Assembly (NCBI GenBank): GCA_973895155.1 | Contig: OZ316895.1 | Span: 4,389,659 to 4,453,658 of the forward strand | DNA from: Marsupella aquatica | Lineage: Eukaryota > Plantae > Marchantiophyta | Direction of reading: 5' to 3' | DNA length: 64,000 nt | Shown: one piece after another, positions 1-16,357 of the stretch | How the letters are laid out: each line of letters opens with the position of its first letter | Position numbering within the stretch: position 1 is the first letter of the stretch | Notes under the pieces: model-generated | Told to the model about the DNA's origin: nothing | What the model saw: the letters and a program-made list of their open reading frames with translations, nothing else | The model's database searches: none | Made by a program: the position numbers and the translations under genes

Positions 1-872
1 ACTCACACTTTTTGGGCTGGGGGACCTTTCTGTGAGCTTCAGAGTAGGGAGTCTCAAACCTTCAGGTCTGCGGAAAAAAACCTGTCCCCAAACTACCAAT
101 TTTGGCTTGTGGTCACAAGTGTGCGGACAAGCATTTTCATGTCTTCCACTTTTTTTCTGGGAAAACGTCCTTGACCGTGGCCGGACACAAAACAAAGAAG
201 GGCGTTGCAAACCTTTAGGTCCCTTGAACAAAAACCTGCCCCAGTTGTGGCCTGCAGTCACGAGGGTGCGGGCAAGCAATTTCATGTCCACCATTTTTTT
301 CCTGAGACAACACCCTTGACCGCAACCGGAGGCTAAAAGAAGAAGATTGAGACACCCCTACTAGGATATCTCAAATACAATGAATTTTGGTGGGTGACCT
401 CATCTGGGAGTGATGTGACCGGAGGCAGCAGGAACGACTGGTCGGGCACTGAATGTGAGGCCCGACTAGTCACGCCTGGTAGTCATGACCAAAACTGAGG
501 GCCGACTAGTACAAGGAGAGGACTTGATTTCAGTGTGTTCATTAACTCACCTTGCGATTTTCACACACTGTCGCAACCCCTCTCAAATCTGAGAGCTCAA
601 AAATATCACTGTCAATTTCTAATTCACTCGTGTGCATTGCGGGATGCCTCTGCCAGTGAGGTGGGTTTTTTCCAATATTTGAGAAGCCCAACAACTGGAA
701 ATGAAGCCCAGATAAACCCCTAGGTTTGTCAAAATGCTCCCATGGATTTTTTCAACTCAGATTGACCACATTTTACTCACAATGTCACGGAGAACATTCC
801 CAATGCGTACATACTAATTTTATGGTTGCTGTCTATGGTCCATGGGAGCTTCATTTTCCAAACAACTGTGAA

Positions 873-2299
873 CAACAAAATACTTGATGGGGCCCTTCTA
901 GAGAAAGATATGCTTGACCAGCCCCTAACTTTTCAAATATACTTAATGGGGCCCCTTGTCCCTGTAACCCTTTCTCAGGACCTGTCATATTACTTTTTCC
1001 ATTTTTTAATTGTAACATGATTGTACAATTATCTAAGTCAGTCCATCAACTGTTTGGAATCAATTTGCAGTGTATAGTTCCCCTGGTTATCTTGGTAAAC
1101 TTCTCACACATATACCAAACTGTGACATTTTTATAAATACACGAAAAATAGTGACAGTATTGTGAATTAGAAAGTCTTTAGTGACAAAGTGATTAAAAGC
1201 TGTTCATTTTAAATTACTCCTACACAAAAAGTACCTGAAAATCCCCAAGGGCAATATCACTGCTGGAAAGGAATTGCCAATGACATTCCAAACCTGGGTG
1301 GAAATCGCAAGATGAAGGCAATTGGATAGTTTCAATTAAATGAATTATTTTCCAACAATAGTACAATAAATTGACTTCTTATACCTAATTGAATGTCTTT
1401 GTTCCCAATTTGCAGTGGAATCATCACGTATTAGACTTGGAGAAATGTTTAACAGTTTTGATGAGTTCAGTCGTTGCCTTCATTCTTGGAATGTCCTGCA
1501 TGGGAGGCTTCTGCCCGGTTGAAAACAAAATACATGTTTCATGTTCATGTTTGTTGTTTTGGAGCCACTGTCCGAAGGTCTTGTAGCAGGGTTAAGGCAG
1601 ACCACCCTGAGGGTTGCGAGGACCAATCAGATTGCAGAAGGGACTGTGGAGATGACAAAGGTGGCTATTGGGACCTAGATGATGATTACATGTACCTGAG
1701 AAATGAGCAGACAGAACCAGAGGAGAGTTGTATGAATAAATATGGCAATTCAGAATCTCACAAGGAAAATGCCCTACAATTCTTTACATTTGTACAGAAT
1801 GTCCATTCCTTGGGAGTCTCAACTCTGTCACAAGGGCATCAAGGAAATATCACAAAAATGACACCAAGTACAGGTAAGACTATGCTTTGGAGAAATACTT
1901 TCACTAATGAGTAATTCCAAAAAATTGAGAGAAAATAACTAAAGAGAGCAAAAATTAAGTACCTTAAATACTACTTCCCTTGTAGAAGTATTTGAAAACA
2001 TAAAACAAATAAATATGGGAGTGAAAAAGGCTAAATATTTCATATATAAGTTATGTACATATTTTGAAACAAGAGTACACTCAATTGCTTCTATACAGTA
2101 CATCTAGTGGACTCACTTATATAGTTGTACAATATGTTACAATTAAAAAATAGAAAGACTAATATGACAGGTACTGAGACAGGGGTTACGGGGACAAGGG
2201 GCCCATTAAGTATATTTGGGCCCATTATATATTTGAAAAGTTAGGGGCTGGTCAGGAATATCTTTAGCTAAAGGGGGCCATCAATCAAGTATTTTGCGG
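873..2299. mobile_element. Non-autonomous Mutator-like DNA transposon (long TIRs, 10-bp TSD)
   Basis: Imperfect inverted repeats of ~200 bp (873-~1080 vs ~2075-2299, e.g. GACCAGCCCCTAACTTTTCAAATATA vs TATATTTGAAAAGTTAGGGGCTGGTC). They are flanked by the exact direct repeat CAACTGTGAA (863-872 and 2300-2309). Long TIRs with a 9-11 bp TSD are typical of MULEs. No transposase ORF is present. Confidence 0.85.
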
Positions 2300-3324
2300 C
2301 AACTGTGAAGGATCATCCAGTTTCAAAGTTAACCGCTGTTCTCCCCCTCCCTCCTCTGCTGACAATGGTTGCAGAGTGAGGGCATGGCGGCAGTGTCCTG
2401 TACAGTCGTCACTCGTGACGCTCTCTCAACTCTCAAGAGCTCCGCCGAGTGCCGAGTGCCGACCGACCTCGAGGCTGATCACACATACACGCATCCAGTA
2501 GTGCAGTAATCACACACGACATTGAGATAAATCATCGTCAAATCACCGCCCCCTCTGATGCAAGCTACAGCTCAGCTCACTCAGCGCAGCTCCTTCCAAG
2601 CACAAGACAAATTGCTGAGCTCCTTCCAAGCGCAAGACAAATTGCTACTGTTTCTCTATTTCTCTTTGCCTTTCTTACTTTCTGGAGATGGGCCCGCAGG
2701 CGGCTGGAGGTGGGTGCCCAAGAACAGAGCAAAACCATAGCTGAAACGAAGAGCTCTTCTCTTGTATATCTTTCAACCTCTCTCGATCTTGCTGCCCGCG
2801 AGCAGAGTTCTGTAGCTCCTTCTCCTTGAGCAGCAGCAGGTGCAGCTGGCGTGGGACATTGCGAGCTAGAAATAGAGAACTGCAGGTGCAGCTGGTGTGG
2901 GACAGTGAGAGCGAGATACTGAGATGAGCAGGTGCAGCTGGCATGGATGCAGTGAGAGTGAGATAGGAGAGGGATGCGGTAGTCCTATTGTAATGCTTTC
3001 TTTCCAGGTTTACTGTCAGTGACTCCTGCTATTGTTCCCCTCAAAGCAGTGTGGGTCTTCTTCCTCAAGTCCACCGTCAGTGTCTTCCTGCTGTTATCCC
3101 CGCTAGCGGGGGTGTTCCCCCACGAGGGACGAGGATTGTGGACACTGGAGGGTTGCTTGAGGATTGCTGGAAGTGAGGATCTGGATTCGGAGGGAGGGTT
3201 TGGAGTAGAAGGGGTAAGAAGTTCGCCGTTCCTGGTGTCGCTGTGGTGGAGAGGGCAAAGCAGGAAGACAGAGGAGGCTGGAATTGGCCAAGGAAACGGT
3301 TCACGGGAGCGAGAGGAACGTGAA

Positions 3325-6300
3325 ATGAGGGGTCTTCGGGCGAGGCTGCTGCTGGGGATGTGTGTGGCAGTCACCCTAGTGATGTCTGCTCTGACGGGAG
3401 CTGATGCAAGGAGTATGTCGCCTGATGCAACAGGGTTCGTCAGAATACATCGGAAGCAGCAGACTTCGATGGCGTATGCGACTTTGTTATACGGGGATGA
3501 ATTTCTCTTGGGGGTGCGTGTTTTGGGGAAGTCTATAAGGAACACCGGGACGACTAAGGATATGGTGGCCTTGGTCTCGAAGGGTGTTACTCCAGAAGCT
3601 ATGGATCTCCTTGAGGTGCTGCCCTTGCTTGTGAAGGAGCTCCTGAATTTTCTCCGCCGTATTTTTCCCACACACCTGGAATTGAATAGTCTAGGTCAAT
3701 GCTCGTTTGCTACAAATTCAGGGATTTTCATATGCTCCATTTGGGACTTAAAAGTCAGTCGAATTTTTCTCTGAATGATGGCAGGCTGATGGATGGATTG
3801 TCACGCAAATCGAGCTTCTTGCAAATCCAAATTCGAAACGCCCGGCACGTTTCTGGGGTGTTTACACTAAACTCAAGATATTTAACATGACCAACTATGA
3901 GAAAGGTATTAAGTTGTATAGTCCCCTTAAGTTCTATACTCCATTTCGTTGGCAATAGTTTGACGTTACGTTATGACATCGGGGTTCGAATGATTTTGCC
4001 TCCGCATTCACTACAGGTTGCGTTCCCACGATTCTGATATCTTCAGGTTCTGAGCTGGCAGCTGGTGTTTATGTGGACTTGCAGTGGTGTTTTTGGATGC
4101 TGACACGATTGTGACTCAAAATATCGAGGATTTGTTTGAGTGCCAAAAGTTTTGTGCCAACCTGAAGCACTCCGAGCGACTTAACTCTGGTGTGATGGTG
4201 GTGGAGCCGTCTTCAGAGCTTTTTGAAGATATGTTGTCTAAAGTGGGCGTTCTACGATCATACACTGGAGGTACAGAACCCATCGGAAAATTCCCCATTC
4301 AATAAATGAGCTGGTTTTTAAAATTGATTAGAATCTCTGTCACAGTTGGATTCTTCTTCTTGCCTTCCAGGGAATGTTTGTCATTGTGCAACTCCCATCA
4401 TCTCAAAGTTGTAGTTAATCTAGCAGCAACTCGCCTAAGATTTATGATTTATTCTCAGGTGACCAGGGGTTTCTAAATTCCTATTATGAAGATTTCGCCA
4501 ATGCTCGGCTGTTCGATCCAAACATGTCACCAGAAGATAGGGAGATTTACTCCCCACGAATGGAACGGCTTTCGACTCTCTACAATGCGGACGTGGGCCT
4601 ATACGTGCTTGCAAACAAGGTACTCTAGTCTAATCATATCCGTACTTATATGTACGTAATTTCAAGTGTAGGCTTTCTCCAGCTATATCCGATCGCCGGT
4701 AAACCACCTATTGAGAGTTAATTCTAATCATGGTTTTTGTTTATTTAACTGCAGTGGATGGTTGACAACACATCGGAATTAAGAGTTGTCCATTACACTC
4801 TGGGACCTTTCAAACCTTGGGACTGGTGGACTCATTGGCTACTTAAGCCTGTGGACTATTGGCAGGTACTTGCTCGTTCCTTTTGGCCTTCTTTACAAGT
4901 GTGTATCTGTGGATTACAGCATCTCCTGTCAACTTATCTCATATTCGGCTTGGTTGTGTTTATATGATGTGCAGGATATCCGAGTTACATTACATGAGTC
5001 TCTTCCAGGGACTCGAGCTGGTCAGACTCCTCATACACGGCTGGTCGTCAGAGTCTTGCTTCTATTACCCTTGGTTGTGCTGGCCTTCTTCAATCGCCGC
5101 TTTTTATGTCAGGTTAGCTGCTTGGCCACGTTCGTTACTCCCCGTGTCATTTTGGTCGGAGATCTTTGATCATCTTTGTCCGATATTGCATTCACTTCAC
5201 TGGAAGGAACGGTAACTATATTTATGAAAAGCCTGAAGTGTAGTAGAATGTTTTTCATGAGAAAGGCAAAGTGAAATTGAATAATTCTCGTCACGACGAA
5301 AACTCAACTGATGTAGGCTAGGTGGCGAGGAAACTGGTTCCTCATCCCATGTTCCAGATTGACTTAATAATGAATGGGTATTGCAGATTCATCAGGATTT
5401 GTGTGGTCTTTTCTGCACGGGGTCCTTCTGTGGGTATGCTCGGAAATTGTGGTACAAGTACACCACTGGCAGTCCTTCGCCAATTTATTCGACTGTGTCT
5501 AGCAGCCCTCCACACAATATAGCACAGCAGGTTGTTTTCTAACCCTTTCATCCAAGAACTGTCAGTAGCTTTTGGGGGTGGAGAAGAATGTACTAATTTG
5601 GCTGCAATTTTATTGGTTGGATAATACAAGTGCTTCCCTTCGGAAACCTACTTTAGGCTGAATTTGTAGCTTGATTCCCGTGTTGACAGAATGGATCTGG
5701 AGGGGTCGGTGGTAATTCCAGATTGCCAACGTATCTGGGCAGCCTGTCGATCATTGTTTGTTTCATCTGTTTGCTTCTTCCGCTAGCGATTTCTGTGATA
5801 CTGATCCCTAGCCAGGTATTTGCTCTTCTCTCCTTGTTGGGCTCATGAGCCTGTTGCAGAAAGTTCAAGAATAAAAGGCTGATCCGCAGTTCTCTTGTTT
5901 TCTTAAGAAGTTTATAGATATCTTTGGGTTATCGTTCCTTTCGCTCACACTGACTCCGGATATGTCTCAGGTGATGCCGTGGACTGGGATGATCTTGGCA
6001 TACGAGTGGACCTTCTTTGGATTCATTGTCCTTTTTGGCAAATACTTGGATTTGGTTCAAAGTTATGGGCGAAAATCTGCTGTACCCATGAGTTCCACCA
6101 GCGAGGAATTTCCAGAATACCGCTCTGCAAAGGGTAACAACAATGCACTTCCATGTTTTACTCCATGGAGAAATGTCTAATGCGGCTGCAGAGCTTCATC
6201 CATGCCATGGTCGGAAGCTCTCACAATTGTCAGACTAAGATAAGATAAAAGTAATGTAGGTAGAGCCATGGTCAGTTGCATTGAAAGATCCTGTTCGAAG

Positions 6301-6926
6301 GGCTTGTTGGTGGAGCTAGCTAGCGTCTGTAAATCAAAGTTTTTAAACTATGGAAAGAAGAAGCTAGATGGTAATGCCGTGAATGCAGATGGTTCCTCTC
6401 AAGTCTTTGGTGACATTCTGAAGGCATTTGTAAATTTTTATCTTGTGAGGCCCGCCGATAGTGAAGCTGCAAGTCTTATACAGAGTTGTGTTTGTGCTTT
6501 CAGGACACGTTCGTCAATCAGTGTCCTGGGATGTGGAGACAGTACTCTATGGCTTTGGGATTCTTGGTCTTGCAATTGCTGTGCCTGCAGTATCATTTGT
6601 TCTTGGTGTCAGTGCTCTCTTTGGAAGGTTGGTTTTCCTAAGTTTGAATTGAATCCCTGCTAGCATTCATTGGATCGGTCTCTACAATGGATAGATTTTG
6701 GGTAGCTGTTGACTTCAAGGTTGCTTGCCCTCTTCTTCTGATGCCTAACAGTTTTGTTGCACTGCTTTGTGCGCTGCTTTAGGACGAGGTGACTGACCCA
6801 TTTTAAACTTCTGATCTGTTGCACAGGTTGGGTCTCACAGTAAGTGTTGGGATAATGTTTGCTGCGTTTTTGACACATTCCGCCGAGCACCTTGCCATCC
6901 GGTGGTATTTACGGGGTCGAGATTAG
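3325..6926 (+). CDS. IPUT1: GT8-family inositol phosphorylceramide glucuronosyltransferase (IPUT1/PGSIP6-like), ~11 exons
   Basis: Approximate exons: 3325-3615, 3785-3905, 4085-4270, 4459-4619, 4755-4865, 4975-5112, 5387-~5530, 5690-5815, 5971-6133, 6504-6627, 6827-6926. Motifs are an N-terminal signal anchor, AYATLLYGDEFLLGVRVLGKSIR, VFLDAD (DxD), HSERLNSGVMVVEPS, SYTGGDQGFLN, HYTLGPFKPWDWW, and a multi-TM C-terminus. Confidence 0.92.
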
Positions 6927-7342
6927 GGAAATCAACAGCGCTGAGTATTGGGTCATGTGTTTGTTAATACCCCAACGCACTTCTTAAGGGTTTCGGGGTG
7001 GATGCTAATTTGCACAATTTTAGCTTCTACAGAGATGTTAGGAGTTGGATAGGACAAGGGGGTTGTTTTTAGTTGACCATCTAGAGTAAATTCAAATTGT
7101 ACAGTTCGAGGTTTTTTTACCTTCAGTAGCGCAGGTTCACCATCTCCCTAAGGAAATAGGATTCACTGCTATCATTCTTTCAAGTCGTTTACCACCCTGG
7201 ATATTGTATATACATTCTCAACATACATACCGCAAGCCTGGGCCTCCAGAGGTGGCTGATCATGGAACTTCGTGTCTTTTTGATGATGCCACTGTAAAGG
7301 GTGCCTAATCTTTGGCATCCTACTGCAAGTGTACTGTCAAAA

Positions 7343-7498
7343 TATTTGGTAAAATGTAGGCATGCTTCAGCCTTTTCCGGAGCCGTGACTAAATTGTGGG
7401 AATCACTGAGCTTTTGGACATATTTGGTAAGATGTAGGCATGTTTCAGCCTTTCCCGTAGCCATGTGACTAAATTGTGGGAATCACTGAACTTTTGGA
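7343..7498. repeat. Tandem duplication, ~78-bp unit x2
   Basis: ATATTTGGTAARATGTAGGCATG...GTGACTAAATTGTGGGAATCACTGARCTTTTGGA occurs twice in tandem. Confidence 0.85.
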
Positions 7499-7725
7499 TC
7501 ACGAGATTTTACTCCGATTGATTACTGTTCTAATACTGAAAAGCCTTCTTCCAAGTAACAAATGTTGAAAATTAAACGTTTAGATGGCCTTTCTACAGAA
7601 TGTTCTACTCCAATATTGGCACTGTTACCCTTCTAACATGCCCCTCGTTGATAAGTCTTTTCTTTGTCTTCATCCCTTGGAAAGGGCATTTCAGTTTCCA
7701 ACCTGAAACCTCTTCGCATCTCGCC

Positions 7726-7995
7726 AAAGTGGGCCTTCATCACACTCATGGACTGGTGCAATTGACAGTGCATCTTTACTTAGAAAGTGTGGGCAAACAT
7801 GTTCTTTCTACTGCTATATACCCTATTCTGCCAAAAATGTTCCTTCTACAAAATTAGAACAAAGTGGGCCTTCATCACACTCATGGACTGGTGCAATTGA
7901 CACTGCATCTTACAAAGAAAGTGGATGGGCAAATATGTTGCATCTACTAGTTTGATACCCTATCTTGCCAAAGAAGTTTAGATTACAAAACTAGA
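7726..7995. repeat. Tandem duplication, ~135-bp unit x2
   Basis: AAAGTGGGCCTTCATCACACTCATGGACTGGTGCAATTGACA at 7726 and 7861, with continuing similarity downstream. Confidence 0.8.
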
Positions 7996-10381
7996 AAAAA
8001 GCAGGAACCAATCCTAGCTCTTCATCAGGAAATTGTTTTTTTGGCACATAGATACCCCTTTCAATCTCAATTGCCTATGTTCTCCAATTACCTCCTAGCA
8101 CTTCATCAGGAAATTTATTTATTTTTGGCAAGTCAGACCTATCCATACCCCCTTCAATCTCGATTGCCTTTGCCCCAGCCCCACACCCGAGATGAAAAGA
8201 CTAATTAAAAATTGAATATTAATTGAAAATTTTGTAAAAACTTAAGAATACAAATGAAATTTGATAAAATGAAGAAATATTCCCTCCTTTCATGCGGTTG
8301 TGTTTGGACTATGTGATGTGGTGCTTCCTTTTTTCACTTGCATTTCCTTGCCTCTCTTTAACATCTTTGACTTGGCATCTAAACTTGCCTCAATATTTTT
8401 CTTTGCTTTGACATTGTTTTCAGGTGGACATCTGTCTTACCTCCACATGATCTGTACAATACATGGCATTGGACTCTTTAGCCTGCCCACGTGGAAGAGA
8501 TAAGAACATAGTTTAAAAATTGGAAAAAATTGGAATTTATTTTGAATATAAATTAAATTAAGAAAATATTTTTTCTCTGAAAATTTAAAACTTTGAAAAA
8601 ATAGATATTTTCCTATCATTTGGTTGTCCTTGGACTCTATGATGCAGTGGTCACTATCTCACATTTTCATTTTCTATGACTGTGCAATGCATGGGTTATT
8701 GAACATAACCACAATAAGTGTATGGGCAAGATCACACATAATATGTCTCAACAACTCCATCGCAAAATTTACATGTTTTTTGCATTGACATTTTTCTAAT
8801 CGTTACATATTTATCTCTTCTCAACATCTTTACTTTGCCTTTAGATTTTTTTCTCATCTTGCCATTTTATTCTCACATTGACATTTTCATCTCACTAGAA
8901 CCTTTCTTTCTCACCCTTGACATAATTTCTCTCTCTCTCTCTCTCGATTTTTTCTCACCTGGCTTAACATCTTTTTCTCACCTTGACATATTTCATCACA
9001 ACATCTTTCACTCACCCTCAACATCTTTTCTCTCATTGACATATTGTCCTCATTTTCTCACCTGGTCATCTCTTTTCTCCTTGTCATTGGTATGTGATAA
9101 CTATGATGAGTCTCCTTTCTAGGTGCTTCTTGTTCATTAGCAGTGTGACTTATATGATGAAAATATATGCCCATGGTCCTGTCTACTGGTTAAGTGCTTT
9201 GGTTTTTGGGTTATTGGCAACATGATATAGATGATGATTATAGCTGTCTTTACCCATCCCATTACGTGCTTCTTGTTCAATAGCAGCACAATATGTGATG
9301 AAAAGCTGTCATTACCTATCAAAATTTTGAATCTATAAACAACTTTAAATTTCTTTGCCATGGTTTTTTTATAGGTAATGACAAAACCATGGCAAAATTT
9401 TGATATCATTTTGGTATCATTTTGATAAAAACCATGGCACATAATGGTTTTTTTTATAGGTAATAAAAAAACCATGGAAAAATGATGTTTTGATATGGTT
9501 TCAAATTGATAATATCATTTTGATAAAAACCATGGCCATTTGCATTTGTAAATATTTATATTCATCATTACCCATTTTTGATAGGTAATGATGATATTCT
9601 GATATAATTTGAAATTGATAATATTGCCATGGTTTTTGTTTTGTATTTACAAATATATCACAATTTCATATAAAGATGACAAGTTCAACAAAGTAACTAA
9701 GGTGGAAATGTATGGAAACGGTGACATATTTATATATGCAATAAAAATGATGACAGTATTGTAAATTAGAATATCTTGGTAATGTAGTTAAAAACTGATT
9801 CTATAAAACAATAATTGTTGGGCATGGGTGGCAGTCAGACTATTAAAAGCACTTGTATGAACATATCTTTATCTATCTTTACCTATCAACTGACCAATTG
9901 TAATAAAATTGTAATAAAAGAAGACAGCGCTAGTAGGATCCCAAAGAAATGCCTAATATGTATGCAATACACATCCATGGGTTGTATCTTCCATGTTGGG
10001 TTTAGTGGTTGTTACTATATTTTATGCGTAGCTCCATGGCTTATACATGTGGCATACTCAAATGGGGCTGCACTATTAGTGCTACCTAGTGTTACCAATT
10101 TCAGTGACCAAGGTGGTGTACAATAGGTGCCAATACACTCGTCCCCTTGAATTCTGATTTAGTGAAACTGGAGTACTCGTGAAAAGACCCTGACCCTTCT
10201 GGCCTGAAAAGGTAGTGTTTAACAATTGCAACACTACATGAGACTATAAAATGTTACTTACTCAATGACCCACCAAAACAGAAAGTCTTAAACAATATAG
10301 TATGCATGCCCAAGACAGCGTGGAAGATCAACCGGCCAATTTGATATTTAAGAAAAATAGAGATACAGAGAACCAACTGTG

Positions 10382-14496
<4,115 letters not shown>

Positions 14497-16220
14497 TGCT
14501 AGTCTTTCGTGTGACCGAGAGAAGAGCTCATTCACAGTCCAGAGAAACAGCCGACTTAAAATCTCTCTGTAACGATCCCTGCATGTCAAAGATCATCAGC
14601 GAAAGCTTCAACCACCACTAGCACCCAATTGAAAGCTCGCTCTAAGGAACCTCGAGGGCAAAGATCATCTGCGAGAGCTTAAACCATCACCGTGGAGCAG
14701 TCTGCCAGAGGAGTAACTGGAATGTGGAGAAAAGAGGAACACTTCTTCCTTATAAGCCAGTTCTATATCATGAAATGCAAATGCACAAAAAACGCCCAAC
14801 AGGACATGGTCCTAAAGGCAAATCAACCCAATAAAGGGAAAGGGGTTTAGGGTTTAAACCCCCACAACCAACCATAAGGGAACAACCAACCAAAGACTCC
14901 ACTAGGTGGCCAAGAAGATTAGGCCAAGAAGATTAACATCCTATTGGGCAGAGAACTGAAAAGCCTGGTAAAACTCCCGAGTAAATTATATGGGAGGGTC
15001 ATGAAATGGAATCTACAAACCACCACTCCCGAAGGATCTGGACCCACAAACAAACACCACTTGGGGAATGGGCCGGCAAAAGCAGGGTGCCCGGCCCCAA
15101 AACCCTAAACACACTCTGAACCCTATTGGCTCATATAGCACACCTAAGAAACCTCTATACTTGGATAGTATGACACACTTGAATAGCACTCATAATGATG
15201 TGACATTGAAAAGTGCAACATGCACATATGGAGAAGTGTGTAAATGACGCCCATGCATTTAAGACATAGTGCATAATGGATAAGTACATGGATAAGTGCA
15301 GATTTGGAGTGTTCCCGGGAGCCTGCACTTAGACACAATAGACTATATAGGGCTAGTTCCTTATTAATGACCCACATGTTACCCGGAGGCAGGAGCCCTC
15401 GTTTACCCGCTTGTTTAATGTGTTGTGGTTCAACAGAACATGAGGATCGTTGCTCCTCCTGCCCTTTAGCCGTCAGATTTCCACTCATACCCCAAAGAAT
15501 TCTTGACTGTCTCAAAACTAGATGTAGGCGAGACACACACTACATTTGGAAGAAGAGGACATCTAATTTGGTTTAATTTTTCTTGAGAAATATGCAAACG
15601 CTATCCTTGTGAATCATTGGAGGATAGAAGTTAAAAATTATCACGCAGCTTGGGCAGGCCATATGCAGCATATGGGGCAGCAGGTGGCATCATGGTGCAT
15701 GTACATGTGAGCTTATACTTAGGTACCTTTTGTCCTTGAGTTCACCATTCAAACTTGAGAGTAGCTCAATGGGGGCATCTTGTGGGTTCAAACCTCGCTT
15801 TAGAATTCTTTCAGGAACTCCACATTAGACCCATGAGGCGGTTGTGAAAAGCTAATCAGTACTTGTGGTTTGGCAAAGTAAGGTATGACCTAGGATCGCA
15901 AATTGGAAAAACATAACAGAATAAGAGCTCAACAATGGTGCAATTGGTGTGAGAGAAAAGGACAACGGTAGAGAAGGGCCAACTCCTCTCTTTGGAGTCT
16001 CATTGTTATCACAGCCTTTTTTAGAGAGCAAGTGTTAGTCGCTCCTCAACTGGCTCAGGCATTCACTATTCTTCATAGGGGTGAGGCAGTTGGTTTCAGG
16101 GCTTCTACTCAAGTTCCCTTGCTTGATCCTCCTATGTAGTTCACCCAAGAGCTCTACCAGGCTCTTCAGTTTGTAGTAGGGTAGGATTTTAGGTTCAATG
16201 GTTGCTTTGGTTCCATCTCC

Positions 16221-16357
16221 TTGGCTTTGCTTTTTGGGCCCTGGGTTTGGTTGATGTCCCTTGATTGGGTCTTTGCCTTTACAATGTGTTGGCTTTGCTT
16301 TTTGGGCCCTGGGTTTGGTTGATGTCCCTTGATTGGGTCTTTGCCTTTACAATGTGT
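16221..16357. repeat. Exact tandem duplication, 68-bp unit x2
   Basis: TTGGCTTTGCTTTTTGGGCCCTGGGTTTGGTTGATGTCCCTTGATTGGGTCTTTGCCTTTACAATGTG at 16221 and 16289. Confidence 0.9.

Noticed and set aside
2985-3671. 228-aa minus-strand ORF
   Set aside because: Antisense shadow of IPUT1 exon 1 and its leader, with no recognisable domain.
8800-9650. ORFs in the CT-rich and AAAACCATGG-rich region
   Set aside because: Low-complexity degenerate repeats, probably a TE relic, with no coding signal and no definable termini.
15758-15800. tRNA-like A/B boxes (TAGCTCAATGG...GGTTCAAACC)
   Set aside because: The spacing is too short for a tRNA and no tail or TSD could be defined. At most a decayed SINE fragment.
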